Positions 56,807 to 64,000 of a stretch of DNA of 64,000 bases are shown here, in pieces; the stretch's first letter is position 1, and each line of letters begins with the position of its first letter. A program made the position numbers and the translations under genes. The notes under the pieces are model-generated. The model had not been told where the DNA came from. It made no database searches and worked only from the letters and a program-made list of their open reading frames with translations. Origin of the DNA: Candidatus Latescibacterota bacterium (GTDB taxonomy: Bacteria; Latescibacterota; UBA2968); the NCBI GenBank assembly GCA_965208125.1, contig OZ242320.1, forward strand, positions 1,504,001-1,568,000. The letters run 5' to 3'.

Positions 56807-58255
56807 ATGCCCAAACGAACCGACCTCAAAAAAATAATGCTCATCGGCTCTGGTCCCATCGTCATAGGACAAGCCTGTGAATTTGATTACTCGGGCACGC
56901 AAGCCTGCAAAGCCCTCAAAGAAGAAGGATACGAAGTCGTGCTGGTCAACAGCAACCCCGCCACCATCATGACCGACCCCGAAATGGCTGACCAGACATA
57001 CGTCGAACCCGTCACCCCCGAAGTATGCGCAGCCATCATCGAAAAAGAACGCCCGGATGCCCTCCTCCCAACCCTGGGCGGACAAACGGGCCTCAACACC
57101 GCCATGGCCCTGCACGAACAGGGAACACTCGAAAAATTCGATGTCGAAATGATCGGCGCAAAACCACACGCCATTGAAAAAGCCGAAAACCGCGAAGCCT
57201 TTCAAAAAGCCATGGGCAAAATCGGTCTCGACTTCCCCAAAGGCCGATTTGCCTACACCCTCAAAGAAGCACTCGACATCACGGCTGAAATCGGATTCCC
57301 CGCCATCATCCGCCCATCCTACACCCTGGGCGGCACAGGTGCTGGCACCGCGTACAACATCGAAGAATTCAGACAAGCTGCTGCACACGGACTCAGCCTA
57401 TCGCCCACCACAGAGATACTCGTAGAAGAATCCATCATCGGCTGGAAAGAATTCGAGCTCGAAGTCATGCGCGATCAAAACGACAATGTCGTCATCATCT
57501 GCTCCATAGAAAACTTCGATCCCATGGGCGTACACACGGGCGACTCCATCACCGTGGCACCCGCGCAAACCCTCACCGACAAAGAGTATCAGGAAATGCG
57601 CGATGACGCCATCGCCTGCATCCGTGAAATCGGCGTAGAAACCGGCGGCTCCAACATCCAATTCGCAGTAGATCCCAACACGGGCCGGCGCGTCGTCATA
57701 GAAATGAACCCCCGCGTCTCCCGCAGTTCCGCACTCGCCTCAAAAGCCACGGGCTTCCCCATAGCCAAAATAGCCGCCAAACTCGCCATTGGATACACCT
57801 TGGACGAAATTCAAAACGACATCACGCGCGAAACACCCGCCTCATTTGAACCCACCATCGACTATTGCGTCATCAAAATCCCGCGCTGGACATTTGAGAA
57901 ATTTCCCCAAACCGCTGATCTGTTGGGCACACAAATGAAATCCGTAGGTGAAACCATGGCCATAGGTCGCACGTTTAAAGAAGCACTGCAAAAAGGCTTG
58001 CGCTCTCTCGAAATCGGCCGCGCGGGATTTGGTGCCGACGGCAAAGACATCCATCCCAACACCCTCTCTCGCGAAGCCCTCGAACGCGGCCTGCGCGAAC
58101 CCAATTCGCAGCGATTGGCCTATCTCAAAACAGCTTATGACGCCGGACTATCCGTACAGGAAATTTTTGACGCCACCAAAATTGATCCCTGGTTTCTCGA
58201 CAACATGCGACAACTCGTCGAAGTCGAAAAAGAACTCGCCGCTCTAATGGATTAA
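56807..58255 (+). CDS. carB: carbamoyl-phosphate synthase large chain, N-terminal section
   Basis: [34 protein letters not shown]...[18 protein letters not shown]...IDPWFL, then a stop codon. Confidence 0.93.
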   Translation: MPKRTDLKKIMLIGSGPIVIGQACEFDYSGTQACKALKEEGYEVVLVNSNPATIMTDPEMADQTYVEPVTPEVCAAIIEKERPDALLPTLGGQTGLNTAMALHEQGTLEKFDVEMIGAKPHAIEKAENREAFQKAMGKIGLDFPKGRFAYTLKEALDITAEIGFPAIIRPSYTLGGTGAGTAYNIEEFRQAAAHGLSLSPTTEILVEESIIGWKEFELEVMRDQNDNVVIICSIENFDPMGVHTGDSITVAPAQTLTDKEYQEMRDDAIACIREIGVETGGSNIQFAVDPNTGRRVVIEMNPRVSRSSALASKATGFPIAKIAAKLAIGYTLDEIQNDITRETPASFEPTIDYCVIKIPRWTFEKFPQTADLLGTQMKSVGETMAIGRTFKEALQKGLRSLEIGRAGFGADGKDIHPNTLSREALERGLREPNSQRLAYLKTAYDAGLSVQEIFDATKIDPWFLDNMRQLVEVEKELAALMD

Positions 58256-58257
58256 CC

Positions 58258-60069
58258 ATGACAAAACAGCACACACTCAACGACTTAAAATCGCGTATCT
58301 CTCGCGCAGACTTGCTCAAAGCCAAACGCTACGGCTTCTCCGACCGCCAACTGGCACACCTGTGGCGCAGTGATGAATGGGCTGTTCGCGCCCTGCGAAA
58401 AGAACTCGGCGTCGCGCCCGTATTCAAAACCGTCGATACCTGCGCAGCCGAATTTGAAGCCTATACACCGTATCACTATTCGACCTATGAAACAGATAAC
58501 GAAGCCATCCGATCCGACCGCAAAAAAATCATGATCCTGGGTGGCGGACCCAATCGCATTGGACAGGGCATCGAATTCGACTATTGTTGTTGCCACGCCT
58601 CCTATGCCCTCAAAGAAGACGGCTTTGAGACCATCATGGTCAACTCCAACCCCGAAACCGTCTCCACAGATTACGACACATCCGACAAACTCTACTTTGA
58701 ACCGCTCACTGCCGAAGACGTACTCAGCATTGCCGATATTGAACAACCCGACGGCGTCATCGTTCAATTCGGCGGACAAACACCGCTCAACCTCGCGCGC
58801 GACCTCGAACGCGGAGGCCTCAACATCGCCGGCACATCCCCCGATGCCATTGACCTGGCCGAAGACCGCAAACGCTTTGGTGCACTCATCAAAAAACTGG
58901 GCATACGACAACCCGAAAACGGCACCGCAATAAGCACCGACGAAGCAATCGCCATAGCCGAACAAATCGGATATCCAGTTCTCGTGCGCCCCTCCTATGT
59001 ACTCGGTGGCCGCGCAATGGCAATTGTATATGACCGCGACGCCCTCATCGCCTATATGCGCAATGCAATAGAAGCCTCTCCCGAGCGCCCCATCCTCATC
59101 GACCGGTTCCTGGAAGACGCACACGAATTTGACGTCGATGCCGTCGCAGACCCAACAGCAGTCGTCATCGGCGGCATCATGCAACACATCGAAAGCGCGG
59201 GCGTACACTCTGGCGACAGCGCCTGCGTATTGCCCCCATATCAGATCTCCGACGCCAACCTCAATGAACTGCGAAGCCACACGCGCGCGCTGGCCAGAGC
59301 ACTCAACGTAGTCGGCCTCATGAACATTCAGTTTGCCATTCAAGGCGAAGACGTATTTATTATAGAAGTCAACCCCAGAGCATCGCGCACCGTCCCCTTT
59401 GTCAGCAAAGCCATCGGCGTGCCCCTGGCAAAAGTCGCTGTCCGCGCAATGGTCGGACGCACACTTGCAGAACAGGGCTTTACCCGAGAAGTGCCCATCA
59501 ATCACATCGCCGTCAAAGAAGCCGTCTTGCCCTTCAACAAATTTCCCGGCGTTGACACCGTACTCGGTCCCGAAATGAAATCCACGGGTGAAGTCATGGG
59601 CATAGACACCGACTTTGGCCTCAGCTTCCAAAAAGCGCAACTCGGTGCAGGCGTGCGCCTGCCCCAGGAGGGAACCGTATTTTTGAGCGTCAACGACCGC
59701 GACAAAGAAGGACTTATACCGATAGCCCAACAACTATCCGACATGAACTTTCGCCTGATTGCCACAGGGGGAACCTGCGCCTTTCTCAAAAGCCACAACA
59801 TAGCCTGTAATCGGATCTTCAAAATCCAGGAAGGGCGCCCAAATATCCTCGACGCCATCAAGAACGGCGAAATATCTCTCATGATCAACACACCCGCAGG
59901 AGAACAATCTCAAGCCGCCGATCCCGAAATACGCAAGGCCGCCGTTCAATACGGCCTGCCCTACACAACCACCTTATCGGGAGCCGCCGCCGCTGTAGCC
60001 GGCATCCAATCGCTAAAAAACAACAGCACAATTCGCATTCGTTCACTCCAGGACTTTCATACTTCTTAA
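58258..60069 (+). CDS. carB: carbamoyl-phosphate synthase large chain, C-terminal section
   Basis: AKRYGFSD..VFKTVDTCAAEFEA..GGGPNRIGQGIEFDYCC..EVNPRASRTVPF..MGS domain. Lies in a different frame from the N-terminal section. Confidence 0.9.
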   Translation: MTKQHTLNDLKSRISRADLLKAKRYGFSDRQLAHLWRSDEWAVRALRKELGVAPVFKTVDTCAAEFEAYTPYHYSTYETDNEAIRSDRKKIMILGGGPNRIGQGIEFDYCCCHASYALKEDGFETIMVNSNPETVSTDYDTSDKLYFEPLTAEDVLSIADIEQPDGVIVQFGGQTPLNLARDLERGGLNIAGTSPDAIDLAEDRKRFGALIKKLGIRQPENGTAISTDEAIAIAEQIGYPVLVRPSYVLGGRAMAIVYDRDALIAYMRNAIEASPERPILIDRFLEDAHEFDVDAVADPTAVVIGGIMQHIESAGVHSGDSACVLPPYQISDANLNELRSHTRALARALNVVGLMNIQFAIQGEDVFIIEVNPRASRTVPFVSKAIGVPLAKVAVRAMVGRTLAEQGFTREVPINHIAVKEAVLPFNKFPGVDTVLGPEMKSTGEVMGIDTDFGLSFQKAQLGAGVRLPQEGTVFLSVNDRDKEGLIPIAQQLSDMNFRLIATGGTCAFLKSHNIACNRIFKIQEGRPNILDAIKNGEISLMINTPAGEQSQAADPEIRKAAVQYGLPYTTTLSGAAAAVAGIQSLKNNSTIRIRSLQDFHTS

Positions 60070-60074
60070 ATCCC

Positions 60075-62195
60075 ATGTCTCGTCTCATCTACATCACATT
60101 CCTCTGCTTCCTCTGTCTGGCTTGTAAAAGCGTGTATTACAACACCTTTTACAATGCCAAACAACAGTACAATATCGCCGAGCAAAAACGCGCCGAATCC
60201 GAAACCCCCGGCAGCCGGATAACGCCTGCGACCTATCGCGCGCTCTACCAGCGGGCCATTGTCAAAGCATCCATCGTGCTCAAATACTTTCCCGACAGCA
60301 AATGGTTCGACGACAGCTTACTCCTCATCGGCAAAGCGTCTTACTGGCGCGAAGACTACGCCGAAGCGCTGACCAAATGCGAAGAACTGCAAAAACTCTT
60401 CCCACAAAGTGAACTGATCCCCGAAACGCGCTACTGGCAGGGCCTCGCACTCTGGGCAATGAATCGCACCAATGAAGCGCGGACTTCATTTTCTCTTTTC
60501 GAGAAAGAAACCAATCCCGAGTTGTACGGCCTATCAAATTTGGCACTCGCGGAAATGGAAGCCTCGCACGGCAACAGAGAAGAAGCAATCATATCCTATA
60601 AAGCACTGCTCGAAACACTCGACAAAAAGCACAAATTGCGCGCGCGGGCCTGGCAAGGCGTGGGCAACAACCTGCTCGAATTGAACCGATATGACGAAGC
60701 ACTTGATGCATACGCAAACGTGCTAAAATCAAAACCCGATACCAGAACAAATTTTGAAACCCGCGTCAAAATTGGCGAAACCCTCGAGCGCCAGCAAAAA
60801 TACGACGAGGCATTGGACACCTATAAAAAAATATTAAAAATCAAACGGCTTCGCATATACGAAGCCGAAATACGCCTCAAACAGGCGCGTATATATCAAC
60901 TGAAAGATCAGGTTGAAACTGCAGAAGAAATTTACAGCGATGTCGGAAAAAAATATCCCCGCAGCGAATACAGCGCAGAAGCTTTTTATCGCCTGGGCCT
61001 CATCGAACAAAAATCGCGTAAAAACCTGGAAAAATCCAAAGAGCTATTTGAGAAAGCCGTTCGCGAAGATCGAAACTCGGACGAGGGAAAACTCGCTTTG
61101 CAACGGCAAAAAGATCTCGTAGCACTCGACCGCTATCAAAATCAGATCGAAAAAGCCGAAGACCCGCAAAAAGCATTGGAACCGCTTTTTGATCTCGCTG
61201 AACTATACCTCTTTAACCTCAACGAACCCGATTCGGCCCTGAGTATTTATCAGCGCGTATTGAGCCTGACCGACACTACTGACCTCGCACCCAAAGTGCT
61301 GTATGCCATCGGACTCATTTATGCCGACAGCCTGAAAAATGAAACCGCAGCGCACGAACAATTCCAACTGCTCCTCGACCAACACCCCAACACGCTTTAT
61401 GCCGTTGAAGCCAGGACGCGCCTCAATCAAAAACACGCCGATGATGCCCTGGCCGAAACGCGATTTCTGCAAGCTGAAAACCTCATCGCAGAAGGCACAT
61501 CCGCACAGGACATCTTACCTATCTACCAGCAAATAGCCGACGAATACCCCAACAGCCTCTTTGCTCCCAAGGCACTTTTTGCCCTCGCCTGGACCTACGA
61601 AAATGACCTGGACCAGCGCGAACAGGCAAAAACCATTTACGCGCAAGTGCAGGAGCGATATCCCCTCACACAATACGGCAAAATTGCAACCGACAAACTC
61701 GAGGGCAAATTCCTCGATCCTCCGCCCGAGCCTGCAGATTCCACCCAAACGCAACCGTCAGATGCACAGCCCGACACAACGCGAACTGATACAACAGATG
61801 CACCACCGGATACAACGGCTACCCCGCCTGATATATCAGAGCTTAGAACGCAAAAAACACCCTCCCCAAAACCCGCCTTCAAACCCGATGTCATTATCGG
61901 AGGCGGTATCATGGAAGCCGTAGATGCCGATGAAGAACCTCAACTCATGGAAGAAATCGAACCCGAATACCCCGAAGAAGCCAGAGCCGAAGGCAAAGCC
62001 GCCACAGTCATCCTGCGTGTACTGGTCTTAAAAGACGGCAACGTGGGCGAAGTCCACGTAACCTCTGGACCCGAACTATTTCACAGTGCCGCAGTAGAAG
62101 CCGCAAAGCTATACACCTTTGAACCCGGCAAACACGAAGACGCACCGCGCGACATGTGGATAGACATATCCATCTATTTTGAACCGCCAGAGTAG
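60075..62195 (+). CDS. TPR lipoprotein with Pro-rich linker and C-terminal TonB_C domain
   Basis: Lipobox CLAC, YYNTFYNA, YFPDSKWFDDSLLLIGK, many TPRs, PEYPEEARAEG...V.LRVLV..DGNV..V...SG...AAVEAA....FEPG. Confidence 0.85.
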   Translation: MSRLIYITFLCFLCLACKSVYYNTFYNAKQQYNIAEQKRAESETPGSRITPATYRALYQRAIVKASIVLKYFPDSKWFDDSLLLIGKASYWREDYAEALTKCEELQKLFPQSELIPETRYWQGLALWAMNRTNEARTSFSLFEKETNPELYGLSNLALAEMEASHGNREEAIISYKALLETLDKKHKLRARAWQGVGNNLLELNRYDEALDAYANVLKSKPDTRTNFETRVKIGETLERQQKYDEALDTYKKILKIKRLRIYEAEIRLKQARIYQLKDQVETAEEIYSDVGKKYPRSEYSAEAFYRLGLIEQKSRKNLEKSKELFEKAVREDRNSDEGKLALQRQKDLVALDRYQNQIEKAEDPQKALEPLFDLAELYLFNLNEPDSALSIYQRVLSLTDTTDLAPKVLYAIGLIYADSLKNETAAHEQFQLLLDQHPNTLYAVEARTRLNQKHADDALAETRFLQAENLIAEGTSAQDILPIYQQIADEYPNSLFAPKALFALAWTYENDLDQREQAKTIYAQVQERYPLTQYGKIATDKLEGKFLDPPPEPADSTQTQPSDAQPDTTRTDTTDAPPDTTATPPDISELRTQKTPSPKPAFKPDVIIGGGIMEAVDADEEPQLMEEIEPEYPEEARAEGKAATVILRVLVLKDGNVGEVHVTSGPELFHSAAVEAAKLYTFEPGKHEDAPRDMWIDISIYFEPPE

Positions 62196-62198
62196 ATA

Positions 62199-62999
62199 AT
62201 GCCCGAAATCCCAAACTTCATCTCCGAACCTGCCGTCGTACAAAAAAACGAACCCATAGCCCAGGGCATCTACCTCATGCGCCTGCACGCGCCCCGGCTC
62301 GCAACCGCCTCTCGCCCGGCGCAATTCCTGCAAATCCTGACCGATCCCGGCCTATCCCCATATCTTCGCCGCCCCTTCAGCGTATTGCGCGTAGATCGCA
62401 ACGCCGGCTGGCTCGACCTCATCTACGACGTCATCGGACCCGGCACCGAGCGCTTATCCGCTGCCCAATGCGGCGACCAATTTGACGTCAGCGGACCACT
62501 GGGCAACCCTTTTACCCCCCCAGAAACCAAACGCATCCTCCTTGTCGCCGGTGGCGTCGGCCTCGTCCCCCTCGCATTTTTGGCGTGGGAACACCCCGAC
62601 CGCCGTCCCGACATGATCTACCTCATGGGCGCAGCAAATGCCGACCGCCTGCCCGACATGTCCGCACTCCTACCCGCAGATCTACCCCTCCACATCACCA
62701 CCGATGACGGCAGCATAGGACACCGCGGCTTTGTCACCGAACGCATCGCCGAACACACCCTCCCAAACCACACCACCATCCTCACCTGTGGTCCCCATCC
62801 CATGATGGCGCGCGTCGCCCACATCGCCGCCGAATCAAACACCCCCTGCTATGCCTCCCTCGAAAACCACATGGCCTGCGGTTTCGGCGCCTGTGTCGGA
62901 TGCGTAGTCGAATACAAAACATACCCCACCGAAGACCGCCGCTATCGCTGCGTCTGCCTCGAAGGACCCGTCGTCAACGCCCACGAAATTGTCTGGTAA
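62199..62999 (+). CDS. pyrK: dihydroorotate dehydrogenase electron transfer subunit
   Basis: LRRPFS, GPLGN, VAGGVGLVP, TDDGSIG, CGPHPM, MACGFGACVGC, CLEGPV. Confidence 0.92.
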   Translation: MPEIPNFISEPAVVQKNEPIAQGIYLMRLHAPRLATASRPAQFLQILTDPGLSPYLRRPFSVLRVDRNAGWLDLIYDVIGPGTERLSAAQCGDQFDVSGPLGNPFTPPETKRILLVAGGVGLVPLAFLAWEHPDRRPDMIYLMGAANADRLPDMSALLPADLPLHITTDDGSIGHRGFVTERIAEHTLPNHTTILTCGPHPMMARVAHIAAESNTPCYASLENHMACGFGACVGCVVEYKTYPTEDRRYRCVCLEGPVVNAHEIVW

Positions 63000-63116
63000 G
63001 AGCTGGGGACTGGTTGGGCTGCTCGCTCGTAGCGGTCAGCATTCATTCACAGGTCAGACCCCACATAAACACCAGATTCAGGCATTTTGCGTATTTAATC
63101 ATACACAATCCATCCA

Positions 63117-63156
63117 TAAAAAAAGCGGCACTGGCGATAAATATCACCAGTGCCGT
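63117..63156 (-). terminator. intrinsic terminator for the minus-strand transcript
   Basis: AAAAAAA-G-CGGCACTGG.GATA-AA-TATC.CCAGTGCCG. Confidence 0.65.
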
Positions 63157-63415
63157 CCCCGTAAGCACCGCGGCAGAAATTGTCACTTACTAAGAATCAG
63201 CGAGCTACCCGACATAGCGGGCCTACTCGGTGATCGATAGCCACAAAGATAATAAGACCTGACGCTAAAGCCAAGAAAAAGGTTTAATTTTCTAATCGGC
63301 AATAGGCAAAAGCCATCTCCTCGCGCAAGTCGATGCCTTCATGTTCCAGATTCTCGATCAGAGCCATGAGCCTCTCCCGTTCTATTCGTTCAGAAAGCGT
63401 TTTGGGTCATGTCTG

Positions 63416-64000
63416 TCAAAACTCGTCCAACCGCTTACGGAGTATTGTTATTTCAAGTGTGCTCTCTGATGCGACGGATGATGGCATCATATCTAAAATT
63501 TGACGTGCTTTTTTCGGTTGGTTTCTGTCGAGTAAGGCCGTTGCATACACCAGATATGGCTGGGCGGTTTCGGCTTTCACGCGCTGAGAATCAAACTGCG
63601 TAAAAACGTGTTCCGCTGTTGTGAGATCATCCATCGTTATCAGATAGTCTATGAGTTGGCTTGCCAATGCGTCCGAACCCGGCTGGGCATCAAAGGCTCT
63701 TTTCAAGTGTGAAAGTGCCGCGTCACGCTCGCCTGTTGACCACAGCAGCGCGCTTTCTCTCAACGCATGGATAACCTTGTAACGCGGATGAGCAGGCAGG
63801 ATAACGCGAAAATACGTCCGCCCTTCATCGTAGTCGAACAGCGGTTCTGGAGACCCATTTTCTGCCATTCGACGGCGAATTTTGGGCAGCCCTGTTCCAC
63901 GGCCTTCGGCCAGTCTCAATTCTTTCAGAAACTCACCTATTCGGCGATTTCGCGCAGGTACAGGAGGTACAACACCATCCCGAACGAGATGATGTGCCTC
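63416..64000 (-). CDS. HATPase_c_4 (RecG-C-like) domain protein, usually AlbA_2-fused; C-terminal part only
   Basis: Frame is open to the window end. RNRRIGEFLKELRLAEGRGTGLPKI...NGSPEP.F, followed by a TPR-like helical tail. Confidence 0.75.
   Translation of the reverse strand, partial: EAHHLVRDGVVPPVPARNRRIGEFLKELRLAEGRGTGLPKIRRRMAENGSPEPLFDYDEGRTYFRVILPAHPRYKVIHALRESALLWSTGERDAALSHLKRAFDAQPGSDALASQLIDYLITMDDLTTAEHVFTQFDSQRVKAETAQPYLVYATALLDRNQPKKARQILDMMPSSVASESTLEITILRKRLDEF

Noticed and set aside
58285-59733. 482-aa minus-strand ORF
   Set aside because: Antisense shadow of carB.

Overview
A 64-kb chromosomal window from a diderm bacterium. The gene content (PorV, T9SS-type C-terminal domain, GWxTD proteins, DUF6785-type membrane proteins, dockerin/EF-hand tags, a large eukaryote-like LRR protein) suggests an FCB-group lineage such as Latescibacterota or Gemmatimonadota, possibly host- or sponge-associated. 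That placement is inference only. From left to right: the 3' end of groEL; a histone-H1-like protein; a DUF6785-type membrane protein; a putative glycan-catabolic operon (GH-like, heparinase II/III-like, orphan lyase-like, isochorismatase, Na+/solute symporter); an outer-membrane operon (beta-barrel, TonB-dependent receptor, T9SS-CTD protein, PorV-like); a TMTC-like and a methyltransferase-GT2 gene; three GWxTD paralogues with a second DUF6785 gene; two toxin-antitoxin-like pairs; an M28-FtsX fusion; cspA; three small genes. Next is an integrase-less island of about 9.5 kb anchored at tRNA-Gln, carrying a beta-propeller sigma-54 activator, its putative enhancer and promoter, and a 1612-aa modular LRR protein. 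The window ends with tRNA-Ser x2-gltX-tRNA-Gln, nnr, a split carB, a TPR-TonB lipoprotein, pyrK and a partial HATPase_c_4 gene. The best candidates for undescribed systems are (1) the sigma-54/LRR island with an inverted-repeat-bounded promoter cassette and (2) the TBDR-CTD-PorV / GWxTD / DUF6785 / pseudo-M28-FtsX envelope locus. All family calls come from motif recognition by eye; no searches were run.
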